This document shows positions 48,884 to 57,538 of a stretch of 64,000 nucleotides of DNA, in pieces. Source of the stretch: Chitinophagaceae bacterium. GTDB taxonomy: Bacteria > Bacteroidota > Bacteroidia > Chitinophagales > Chitinophagaceae. Each line of letters begins with the position of its first letter. The first letter of the stretch is position 1. The stretch lies in NCBI GenBank assembly GCA_017853575.1, contig JAFMJI010000011.1:220-64219 (forward strand). The letters run 5' to 3'. A model generated the notes under the pieces. That model was given only the letters and a program-made list of their open reading frames with translations, was not told the origin of the DNA and made no database searches. Made by a program: the position numbers and the translations under genes.

Positions 48884-51168
48884 TGCGTTTGATTTTATTG
48901 GCAGTTACCATCACGTTTCAAATGGCGTTGAAAGCTCAACCAAATCATGCAGAGCTGCCTGTGATCAAAAATATTCCGGAAATCCTTGTGAAACCTACAT
49001 TGGGCGTAATGAGGATTTCACGGGATACCATTGAATACAAGGTAGGCAATACGCTGAGTCCGGAGATTGTTAAACTGGAAGATTTATTCAGAAATTTTCT
49101 AGGGTTTCATATCACAGATAACGGACGAATATTTTATAATGGGAAAGAGGTATCTTTTTTATTGATTGATGGAGATCCAGTTTCAATTTCAGATTACAAT
49201 ATTATTTCTCAACATCTCAATGCAAACATGTTTAGTAGCATTGAAGTGATACAGCAATATCAATCAAATAGATTTATTGGTGTTTCACCTACTAAAAATG
49301 AGCTTGCCATCAATCTAAAAATGAAGAAGGAGTTTCGAGGGAGATTCAATACGGATTTAACAGTACAGGTGGCATCTCCAAAGGGGTTATATGGGATGAT
49401 TGATGCGAATCGAATTGTAGGAAAAGTCAAGTCGATTGCGGTAGTTGAGAAAAATATATATGGGAACCAATGGGAAATGAGAAGTACTTCAAATGTAAAC
49501 AATCAAGAGTATAAAGTTCCTTTAATCTCTTTATTACAGCATCCATTTTTACTCCAAACCAATTTATTTAAGCAATCCTATCTATTTAATAATGTCGGGA
49601 ATCATATAAAAATGTTAGATGCATTCAAATTGAGGTCCTACGCGACATTTCGGGTTGAGGCTGGAAAAGAAAAAGTGTATCTCGATTTTAACGAGCATCA
49701 GCAAAACAATTATTTTATCGGGGTAAATAATATTTTGAATGAAAAACGAAATTCGAAATTGAATCTATCGAATGAAAACAGTTATCTGAAACTGATGTTT
49801 GATCATGATCATTTAAAAAGCAATCGAGGAGAGTATAAACTATATATTAATTATCAAGCATTAACACAGCAATTACAAGATTCAATTGAGCGTGGTATGA
49901 AACGCTTCAATTATTCATGGGATGACCAGCGAAGAAAATTGGTTATGTTTCAAGGTCTTGAAAAATACTTGATCGGGAAGAAGTATTTATTGGAGATAGG
50001 GTTTCAGTACGGTTTCAATAATTTATACAGACTGATGAAACAAGATGATATCGAAAAAAATGAGTTCGATATTTTACAGCAATATTTATCAACTGAGATT
50101 GGGTTGTCTTTTCAAAAAGTAAAACATTCTTTTCATATTGGGCACCGCTTTGTAAATGAGCAGCGAGAGATTTCCACTCAGTTTTTGAAACAATATGTAT
50201 TTGTTGAGCACCAATTTCGTTTGAATAAAAAAATGTTGTTTAACACTGATTTGTCAGTAGGAAATGGGAAAATATCAACTAAGGGTAACCAAATTTCAAA
50301 GACTATTTTTCTATTGGAGGGCGAAATGATTTATAAGAAATCCATGTTTAATCATACTTATTTAAAATATTTCCTTAGTCAGCGAATACCAATAATTGAA
50401 GCATGGATGGTAAACCCATTATTACATTTATCCGGTTATATACAATATCAATATTTGCCTGATCGGTTTTCTTTGATAAAGAATGTTGAATTGGGGAAGT
50501 CTTATCAGCATTTGTTTCGTGGATTTGGGTTTAATTATTCAGTGATTGCCAATTATGTAAAAAATGATGCGTTTCATTCAATAGGATTCCATTCGTTTAA
50601 CATTGTCGATACTATTTGTTATGGGAATAATTCTCGAAATATTCAATGTAGGGCCGAAGCAGATCAATTTATATTTCCACTAAAAATTCGGCTCTCCACC
50701 TCTTTTCAATTTACTTCTGCCAGAATGATTCAGGGTATAATGGGTCAATCAACTCCAATGCTATTGAATCTTCATTCGATTAGACTGGCTTGTAAAAGTT
50801 CCTGGGAAAAATCATTTCAATGGGAGTACTCTGGTAGTCTTCAACGAAATTATACAAGAGCTGGAGGTAAAGGGGCGAATGTTAATTTCTTGATTCATCA
50901 ATTGAATGCAAAATATAAACTAGGTAGAAAACTTTATACTGCTGTTCAAACAAATTATATCGATTATCAACAGCAAAAGAATTATATGTTCTTGGATGTA
51001 TTGCTTCAATTTAGGTCTTCTGAGAAATCTAGTCTGAATATATCTATGATGAATGCATCAAATGTTCAAAGCTTTGAACAATCATTTGTTTCGGGCTATG
51101 GACTGCAATCTATTTCAACTCCCTTGGCAGGAAGAAAGTTTCAAATTGAATTCAGAAGGAGTTTTTGA
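48883..51168 (+). CDS. TonB-dependent-receptor-like outer-membrane beta-barrel (GLPGLI-associated type)
   Basis: Signal peptide; plug-like DTIEY...LEDLFRNFLGFHITDNGRIFYNGKEVSFLLIDG; alternating beta pattern; C-terminal FQIEFRRSF; TGATG overlap with the upstream stop. Confidence 0.7.
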   Translation: MRLILLAVTITFQMALKAQPNHAELPVIKNIPEILVKPTLGVMRISRDTIEYKVGNTLSPEIVKLEDLFRNFLGFHITDNGRIFYNGKEVSFLLIDGDPVSISDYNIISQHLNANMFSSIEVIQQYQSNRFIGVSPTKNELAINLKMKKEFRGRFNTDLTVQVASPKGLYGMIDANRIVGKVKSIAVVEKNIYGNQWEMRSTSNVNNQEYKVPLISLLQHPFLLQTNLFKQSYLFNNVGNHIKMLDAFKLRSYATFRVEAGKEKVYLDFNEHQQNNYFIGVNNILNEKRNSKLNLSNENSYLKLMFDHDHLKSNRGEYKLYINYQALTQQLQDSIERGMKRFNYSWDDQRRKLVMFQGLEKYLIGKKYLLEIGFQYGFNNLYRLMKQDDIEKNEFDILQQYLSTEIGLSFQKVKHSFHIGHRFVNEQREISTQFLKQYVFVEHQFRLNKKMLFNTDLSVGNGKISTKGNQISKTIFLLEGEMIYKKSMFNHTYLKYFLSQRIPIIEAWMVNPLLHLSGYIQYQYLPDRFSLIKNVELGKSYQHLFRGFGFNYSVIANYVKNDAFHSIGFHSFNIVDTICYGNNSRNIQCRAEADQFIFPLKIRLSTSFQFTSARMIQGIMGQSTPMLLNLHSIRLACKSSWEKSFQWEYSGSLQRNYTRAGGKGANVNFLIHQLNAKYKLGRKLYTAVQTNYIDYQQQKNYMFLDVLLQFRSSEKSSLNISMMNASNVQSFEQSFVSGYGLQSISTPLAGRKFQIEFRRSF

Positions 51169-52974
51169 TTATTCGATGTTTAAAACTTTTTGATCGCTTT
51201 CATTTCCTGCTCTATCGATAGCGCTGATGACCACTTTTTTCAATTCAACTTTTTTCCCATCTATAAATTTAAATTTATTGATAGCAGTTTTCGTTTCAGT
51301 TTTAGGCAGTATTTGATAATCCCATTGGTTTTCAAAATTTGTATAGAGTACATACTGGAATACATCATCATCTTTTGCTTTCCAATTTATTTCAATGGAT
51401 GCTCCAAGTTTTTTGATACTGCTCAAAGGAGCATTTGGTGGAATTGAGTCGAGCCATTTGCTTGCAGGGATCAGTGCGGGATTTTTATAGGGGCCTTCTA
51501 TCAGGTTTTTGGTAAGGGATGGATTTTTGGTGAGCATAGAAATATTCCAGTGAACCACTCCATTGCTTTTTGGAATCAGTGTTCTTCCAAATTCAATTTC
51601 CTGTGTGATTTCTGTATTGTCGGCTCTGCCATACTTGTCAGTATTGATATTGATACCTGGCCATAGATGTCGTTGTTGGGTATTTTCTTCCTGCCACCAA
51701 CCGAGCAGTACTGGGAAGCTTTGTTCTGTTTTACTGGTTGGCCAGTAAAGTTGGGGAGTGAAATAGTCTATCCATCCTTTGTTCAACCAAAGTTTTGCAT
51801 CGGCATATAATTTTTCATATTGATCAAATCCTTTGATGGTAGATGGAAATCCTGGTCGCCATATACCAAAAGGACTGATTCCAAATTTCACGAAGGGCTT
51901 GGATGATTTGATTTCGTTGTATACTCTTTCAATGAGGTTATTGACAGAAGATCTTCGCCAATCACCTTTTGAAAGTGTCCCGTTATTACTTACATATTGC
52001 TGATATGATTTTTCATCTGGGAAATCTTGGTCGCCATTATAGGATGGGTAAGGATAAAAATAATCATCGAAATGAATTCCATCGATATCATATCTGTTTA
52101 CAATATCCATCACTACTTTAGTTGTGAGGTCTTGTGTTTCTTTTTTGGAAGGGTCCATCCAGTAAAATCCTTCTTTGAGTTTATATACCATTTCAGGATT
52201 TTTTTTGACGATGGATTCATTGCTGATATCTTTTGAGCTTGTATGGTGAGCGCGATAGGGATTCAGCCATGCGTGCAGTTCCATTCCTCTTTTATGTGAT
52301 TCATCGATCCAGAATTGAAGAGGATCATAGTAAGGGTATGGTGCTTGATTTTGTTTTCCTGTTAGAAAATAAGACCAAGGTTCGAAGTTGCTTTTATAGA
52401 GTGCATCAGCTTGTGGGCGAACTTGAAAGATAACTGCATTAAAATTATTTTTTTGGAGATAGTTGAGCAGTTGAATGGCTTCTTCTTTTTGTTCTGCAGT
52501 TGAAAGTCCAGGTTTACTTGGCCAATTGATGTTAGCAACTGTTGCTATCCATGCAGCGCGGAATTCGCGGGGAACGATGTTTAGTTGACTGTTGACGGTT
52601 GGCGGTTGACGGTTGGCGGTTGACGGTTGACTGTTGTCAGTTGACTGTTCGCGGTTATCCGTTGGAGCTGTGTAAGTTGTAGGTTGTAAGTTGTAGGTTG
52701 AGTCTTTTGTGGGGAGTGGGTTCTGCGTTGGGAGTTGATGGTTGACAGTTGAATCAGTTGTGGCTTTTGGGTTCTGGGTTGCGGGTTGGGAGTTAACAGT
52801 TGACGGTTGACGGTTAACTGTCAACTGTGAACTGTCAACTGTATTTCCCTTCTCTACCACTTCTCTCCTGGTTGTAAACGGCGAATGTTTAGCCGTAAAT
52901 TCTTTAACAGCTGTACAGCTGCTGATCAGGGTTATGAAGAAAATGTATTGGATAATCTTTTCACGCAGGTTCAT
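51169..52974 (-). CDS. Glycoside hydrolase-like family 10 (YddW/DigH-like) lipoprotein with repeat-derived linker
   Basis: Lipobox SSC; EFRAAWIATVANINWPS, FQVRP, HAWLNPYR, DGIHFDDYFYPY; -7 box TAATTTTG at 52989-52996. Confidence 0.88.
   Translation of the reverse strand: MNLREKIIQYIFFITLISSCTAVKEFTAKHSPFTTRREVVEKGNTVDSSQLTVNRQPSTVNSQPATQNPKATTDSTVNHQLPTQNPLPTKDSTYNLQPTTYTAPTDNREQSTDNSQPSTANRQPPTVNSQLNIVPREFRAAWIATVANINWPSKPGLSTAEQKEEAIQLLNYLQKNNFNAVIFQVRPQADALYKSNFEPWSYFLTGKQNQAPYPYYDPLQFWIDESHKRGMELHAWLNPYRAHHTSSKDISNESIVKKNPEMVYKLKEGFYWMDPSKKETQDLTTKVVMDIVNRYDIDGIHFDDYFYPYPSYNGDQDFPDEKSYQQYVSNNGTLSKGDWRRSSVNNLIERVYNEIKSSKPFVKFGISPFGIWRPGFPSTIKGFDQYEKLYADAKLWLNKGWIDYFTPQLYWPTSKTEQSFPVLLGWWQEENTQQRHLWPGININTDKYGRADNTEITQEIEFGRTLIPKSNGVVHWNISMLTKNPSLTKNLIEGPYKNPALIPASKWLDSIPPNAPLSSIKKLGASIEINWKAKDDDVFQYVLYTNFENQWDYQILPKTETKTAINKFKFIDGKKVELKKVVISAIDRAGNESDQKVLNIE
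52584..52870. repeat. Intragenic heptamer mosaic (GTTGACG, GTTGTAG, GGGTTGC types)
   Basis: 12 consecutive GTTnnnn units at 52584-52667, further arrays up to 52870. Confidence 0.9.
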
Positions 52975-53096
52975 TCAGCAAGTTTTGGCAAAATTAGGGC
53001 GTGTGGCGGTAATACATATTTTAAAAATGTGTAAAAAACGTTTATATACGAGGAATTGCATTAGTCGTATAATCAAATAGTGGTAACTTTATTGAT

Positions 53097-53315
53097 ATGA
53101 CTTATAGAGTGAACATATTGGATCCAAAGGCAAAGAAATTATTACTCGAGATGGAGGCCAAGAAACTCATATCGATATCCAAGATGGATGAAAAAAATTT
53201 TCTAAATATTGTAAAGCGAATAAGAAGGAAGGCAATTAAATTTCCTATTGATAAAGAGGAAATTACGCGTGAGGTAGAGATTGTTAGAGCACAGCGTCAT
53301 TCAAGTAATAACTGA
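53097..53315 (+). CDS. Small basic hypothetical protein, antitoxin-like
   Basis: MTYRVNILDPKAKKLL...EEITREVEIVRAQR resembles Bacteroidota ORFs I recall upstream of PIN toxins; TATACGA-N13-TCGTATA palindrome at 53045-53071. Confidence 0.45.
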   Translation: MTYRVNILDPKAKKLLLEMEAKKLISISKMDEKNFLNIVKRIRRKAIKFPIDKEEITREVEIVRAQRHSSNN

Positions 53316-53344
53316 AAAAGATTTTCAGCACTAATTTTTAGGTT

Positions 53345-53575
53345 ATGTGGAAAGAAGAAAACAACAGTTTATATAGAAAATTTCAATTCAAAGATTTCAA
53401 GGAGGCTTTTGCGTTTTTGACAAAGGTTGCAATGGCTGCTGAGCAGGTAAATCATCATCCTGCCATTAAGAATACATGGAATACAGTCGAACTTTGGTTA
53501 TCAACGCATGATGCTGGAAATGTTGTCACCGATAAGGACAGAAAGTTAGCTGAGATGATTGACCAATTGGTATGA
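53345..53575 (+). CDS. Pterin-4-alpha-carbinolamine dehydratase
   Basis: LYRKFQFKDFKEAFAF, NHHP, LSTHDAG, TDKD. Confidence 0.9.
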   Translation: MWKEENNSLYRKFQFKDFKEAFAFLTKVAMAAEQVNHHPAIKNTWNTVELWLSTHDAGNVVTDKDRKLAEMIDQLV

Positions 53576-53588
53576 GCATCTTAGCGAA

Positions 53589-53900
53589 CTAATTTTTAAT
53601 TTTTATATCAAATACAATTTCCGCATTCAATGCATCTAATACATTTAGTATTGTATCAAACCTTGCGCTTTTAGGTGAATTTTCCAATTTAGAAATTTGT
53701 GCTTTTTGAACGCCTACCAATTTTCCTAATTGCTCCTGTGTGAGCTTGCGTTCTTTGCGGAGCATCTTGATGTAGTCTCTTATAATTTCCATCTGAAGTT
53801 TTTTTTCGAATCGATCTCTGTTAGGAGTACCTTTCCTGCCGATATGCTTGTCTACAACTTCTTCTAAAGTATAAATTTTCAATTTGTTATTTCTTTTCAT
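53589..53900 (-). CDS. XRE-family HTH antitoxin (HigA-like)
   Basis: IKMLRKERKLTQEQLGKLVGVQKAQISKLE. Confidence 0.85.
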   Translation of the reverse strand: MKRNNKLKIYTLEEVVDKHIGRKGTPNRDRFEKKLQMEIIRDYIKMLRKERKLTQEQLGKLVGVQKAQISKLENSPKSARFDTILNVLDALNAEIVFDIKIKN

Positions 53901-54232
53901 GAATATTTTTTTAAATAGTCAGACTTTATTTTCAAAGATTTATTGATTTCTTGCAGGGATAGTTTATCTGATTTTTTTATCAATCCATGTGTAATAATAA
54001 CTTTTACAGAGTGTTGGCTCTGGTGCCAAAATGCTAAAAGTCTATAGTGTCTTCTTAGATGTATCGTTCTAAATTCCCATATTCCATGTTGCAATTTTTT
54101 AAATAGGCTCGCATCAACTAGATACTTTGCCTTATACATATTGCTTATGATTTTTTTCTTCGATCGATCATCCAGCTGATTCAAAAATTCTTCTGCCTCT
54201 TTTAATAGCTCAATCTCAAACCTCTTTATCAT
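53897..54232 (-). CDS. RelE/ParE-superfamily (Gp49/HigB-like) toxin
   Basis: LFKKL...IWEFR...YRLLAFW...ITHGLIKKS; 4-nt overlap with the antitoxin; toxin-first order. Confidence 0.8.
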   Translation of the reverse strand: MIKRFEIELLKEAEEFLNQLDDRSKKKIISNMYKAKYLVDASLFKKLQHGIWEFRTIHLRRHYRLLAFWHQSQHSVKVIITHGLIKKSDKLSLQEINKSLKIKSDYLKKYS

Positions 54233-54243
54233 GCTCCACATTG

Positions 54244-54272
54244 TAAAATTACAAGTTTCCAAATTAGGAAAC
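54244..54272 (-). promoter_or_regulatory. TA promoter/operator: GTTTCC-N6-GGAAAC (54255-54272) and -7-like TAATTTTA (54244-54251)
   Basis: Perfect 6-bp inverted repeat just upstream of the box. Confidence 0.55.
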
Positions 54273-54358
54273 AATTAAAATCGTATCCAATCTGAAATTG
54301 GTTTGAAAAGGAGATTGTAAAAAGTGAAAAGCAACTGGAAAAAGAGGTATTTAAAACT

Positions 54359-54387
54359 AAAAAGCCCGTAAGAAAACTTACAGGCTT
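54359..54387 (-). terminator. Minus-strand intrinsic terminator
   Basis: As RNA: AAGCCUGUAAG-UUUU-CUUACGGGCUU then U tract; fully paired only on the minus strand (U-G wobble). Confidence 0.65.
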
Positions 54388-54409
54388 AAAATCAAATCTA
54401 AAAAAGAGC

Positions 54410-54434
54410 TGGCTGTAGGGGGAGAACACGAACC
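54410..54434 (-). other. tRNA-3'-end-like fragment, candidate att core
   Basis: GGTTCGTGTTCTCCCCCTACAGCCA has exact tRNA position 52-76 spacing and ends in CCA; two T-arm mismatches. Confidence 0.35.
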
Positions 54435-54594
54435 TTTTGATTTTAGCTGTAATTTAAAATATCAGAAAAAATTATAAATAATTGAAAATCAATTTTAAAT
54501 GAATTTATCTGTTATTTTCGTTATCAAAGAATAACAGACGTAGTGAAACTTTAAGTGAAACCTCGTAACTTGGTGTACAAATCCTACACCAACC

Positions 54595-55872
54595 ATGCCA
54601 CGCAAGCCCGTTGTTCATTTTAGACTGAAACCAGAAGACGCTACAGGTTATTCTTTGATCTATCTCCAATTTGTTTACCAGGGAAGGAGATTGTTCTTTT
54701 CATTTGGTCAGGCCATAAAGCCATCCGACTGGAATGAGAAAAAGCAGCGTGTAAAAAACAAGCAGACCACCACAGAGGATGGCAAGTTCGCATTGAATGA
54801 CCTGTTGGATAACCTCGAAAGGATTTGTTACAAGACATATAGTGAATCCTTAAAAGATGGTATTCCTGAACCAGTGGTGTTGAAAGAGGCGATGCTTCAG
54901 TTTGTAGATAAGAATCATCACCCGGAAAAAGAAAAGTCAAGTAAGCCTACTCTTTTTTCATTGGGACAAAGATTTGTGGATGGAGAGATTAAATTCCGTG
55001 GTAGGGACAAAAGCAAGAGCAGTTTAAAAAACTATCATGCTGTTTTGAAGCATCTTAAGGATTATGCAACATACAGTAAATCGAAGGTTGACTTTGAAAC
55101 CATAAATCTGGACTTTTACTATTCGTATGTTTCCTATCTAAAGAAAATAAAAAAACTTGCTGCTAATACTATAGCAAAAGATATTTCTATTTTAAAGGTT
55201 TTTATGGGGGAAGCAATTGATCTGGGTTATACGGATAATATACAGTTCCGTCATAAGAAATTTTTTTACCAGGAGGAAGAGACTGAGCATGTTTACCTCA
55301 CGGAACAGGAACTGCATAAGATCTACAGCGTGCAAATAGATAACAAAAAGTTAGACCAGGTAAGAGATCTTTTCATTTTTGGTGCATGGGTTGGATTGAG
55401 GTTTTCAGATTTCAGCAATATCAAACCAGAGAATATTGTCAAAATTGATGATGATTATTTTATCAAGGTAATTACACAGAAAACAAAGGAGTTGGTAATC
55501 ATTCCCTGCAATCCGGTGATCATTGAAATATTTGAGAAGTATAAGCACAATAGCAATATGCTTCCAAGGACGATTAGTAATCAGAAATTCAATGAGTACA
55601 TTAAAGAGGTATGCAAGCTGGCTGAACTGAATGAGTTGGGTCGACTCAGCTCCAGGCCCAAGGACAAACTCTGGCAATTGGTATCAAGTCACACCGCAAG
55701 GCGATCATTTGCCACCAATTTCTATCTTCAGGGATTTCCGACTATCGATCTCATGCGCGTAACAGGTCACAAAACTGAGACGTCATTTTTGAAGTACATC
55801 CGTGTGACTAAACTTGATACAGCCAAAAGGCTCAGTCAACACATTAAGGAAAATTGGGAAACAAAATCATAG
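54595..55872 (+). CDS. Tyrosine recombinase/site-specific integrase
   Basis: N-terminal arm-binding domain; GLRFSD, HTARRSFAT, TGH...FLKY catalytic residues. Confidence 0.95.
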   Translation: MPRKPVVHFRLKPEDATGYSLIYLQFVYQGRRLFFSFGQAIKPSDWNEKKQRVKNKQTTTEDGKFALNDLLDNLERICYKTYSESLKDGIPEPVVLKEAMLQFVDKNHHPEKEKSSKPTLFSLGQRFVDGEIKFRGRDKSKSSLKNYHAVLKHLKDYATYSKSKVDFETINLDFYYSYVSYLKKIKKLAANTIAKDISILKVFMGEAIDLGYTDNIQFRHKKFFYQEEETEHVYLTEQELHKIYSVQIDNKKLDQVRDLFIFGAWVGLRFSDFSNIKPENIVKIDDDYFIKVITQKTKELVIIPCNPVIIEIFEKYKHNSNMLPRTISNQKFNEYIKEVCKLAELNELGRLSSRPKDKLWQLVSSHTARRSFATNFYLQGFPTIDLMRVTGHKTETSFLKYIRVTKLDTAKRLSQHIKENWETKS

Positions 55873-55958
55873 AAAAAGAATTAATTTAATAAAGTGAGTG
55901 AGAAGTTAAAATAGGCTAGACCCAATTATTTATATTATGATAGTTATAAATAATACAT

Positions 55959-57014
55959 ATGAAAGCAAGTTCAATCGACCTTCATATAGAAATAAGCGGT
56001 CTTAGAAATTTTGTAAACGACCAGATTAATTCGGGTAATCCTTATGCTTTTGATGGGAAGGATTTTTACGAGGTTTTGAAAAGAGTTGTCATTGACGCGG
56101 AGGTCAAACCTTTTTTGACTCCCCCTAAAAGTGAAAGTGAGCAGAATTATTATGAAAAGTACCGAAGCCAGAGTCGGGAGGGATTCTATAAACTTATTCC
56201 CGATTTTTTTGAATATGAGGGAGATTTCTATGATTTGGATAGGGTACAGTATGCGCATAAAGATTTTACAATAGCTGAAGATTTCGAAAAGCTCTTTATG
56301 ATAAAGCTACTTGAGCTAAAGTCGATTAACTATCCTATAGGTGAATTTCTCTCTTTCCAGCAATTTGATAGTTTCTATGGACAAAAGGAATCAATAGACA
56401 GCTTTATATATCAATTGACAGAAAAAGACAGCAATTGCCATCTTTTACAAGACTTATGTGAGGCTCTTAGAGATTGGATAGATAGTAAGAATCTTGAATT
56501 ATTAATGCAATCTTCAGTAGAAATTCAAGACTCGGAGGTAGATAATGATTTAAATGAAAAATTTGATTCGCAAGCACAATGGGAAAAAGATATCGAATCA
56601 CTCAGCGGTAAACAAGTTAAGTGTAAATGGAGTATAGAGCAGATTGTACATTATTTTTCTTTTCTCTATGAGGAAAAGTCTGATAAAGGTGAGCCGTACC
56701 TTAAAAAAGAACAGGTTGAACAAATATTCAAAAATGGATTTCGGATACCTGAAAAACCAATTGAGCCTCTTTTTAAATTAAATTATAGTTTGAGATTTCC
56801 TGTAAAAAATGTTACCTATGCTATCTATTACTTTTACGATCGAGCTAATGAAAGATCACATGATAAGTTAGCCTACATATTATTTTTTGCTTCATATATC
56901 GAGGATTATAGTAAGTGTATTTCTACAAAAAAGGATTATAAAACTTTCTCAAATAATTCATATAAAGCGCCATCAAGAAATAAAATAAACTGGGATAAAT
57001 ACCGTCCTAATTGA
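55959..57014 (+). CDS. Hypothetical cargo protein (351 aa)
   Basis: Long open frame after the integrase; no recognised motif. Confidence 0.7.
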   Translation: MKASSIDLHIEISGLRNFVNDQINSGNPYAFDGKDFYEVLKRVVIDAEVKPFLTPPKSESEQNYYEKYRSQSREGFYKLIPDFFEYEGDFYDLDRVQYAHKDFTIAEDFEKLFMIKLLELKSINYPIGEFLSFQQFDSFYGQKESIDSFIYQLTEKDSNCHLLQDLCEALRDWIDSKNLELLMQSSVEIQDSEVDNDLNEKFDSQAQWEKDIESLSGKQVKCKWSIEQIVHYFSFLYEEKSDKGEPYLKKEQVEQIFKNGFRIPEKPIEPLFKLNYSLRFPVKNVTYAIYYFYDRANERSHDKLAYILFFASYIEDYSKCISTKKDYKTFSNNSYKAPSRNKINWDKYRPN

Positions 57015-57178
57015 CAGCTGCTAGGTACAAGCCAATTCAAATAAACAAATTGTATTGTATGTTTTTTTGGAAAAACCATACAGTTTTTTGTATGTTTTTT
57101 CAACTTTGATAAATCATACAATAATATATCTGCACTGAATTCTATCAGTATAATTTCGTGGTATTAAACCTTGAAATA

Positions 57179-57538
57179 ATGGAAGAAAAAATACGTTTAT
57201 GTTTTATCTGTGGAGGGATAATACCTACCACAAGGAATGGGAATTCTAAATTCTGCAGTTCAGATTGCTACAACCAGAACAAAGCAAAATTGGCAAAAAT
57301 TGCAGGACAACAAAATGCTATGGAAAGGGTTCTTTTATACAATGAGGAAATTTTAGCAGAACTATACCAATCTTATGGGTCAATTTATTATTTCTCGGCC
57401 AAGCTCCTTATTGAGAAAGACTTCAATTGGGCCATCTACTCTGGGGAAGTAACTGTCAACGGATTAATTGCCAAGAAACTTATTACACATGGTTATACCT
57501 TATTTACTAATCAAAATGTACAATTATGGAAATTCTAA
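57179..57538 (+). CDS. Hypothetical protein with N-terminal CxxC...CxxxC zinc finger
   Basis: CFICGG...FCSSDC; -7-like TAATTTCG at 57151-57158 favours ATG 57179. Confidence 0.7.
   Translation: MEEKIRLCFICGGIIPTTRNGNSKFCSSDCYNQNKAKLAKIAGQQNAMERVLLYNEEILAELYQSYGSIYYFSAKLLIEKDFNWAIYSGEVTVNGLIAKKLITHGYTLFTNQNVQLWKF

Noticed and set aside
54233-54429. Upstream ORF extension of the toxin and the 66-aa minus ORF 54229-54429
   Set aside because: They run through the operator, terminator and att-like sequences and have no protein-like features
55925-55954. ATTATTTATA-N10-TATAAATAAT inverted repeat before the cargo gene
   Set aside because: Composed only of A and T in an AT-rich region, so weak evidence of function
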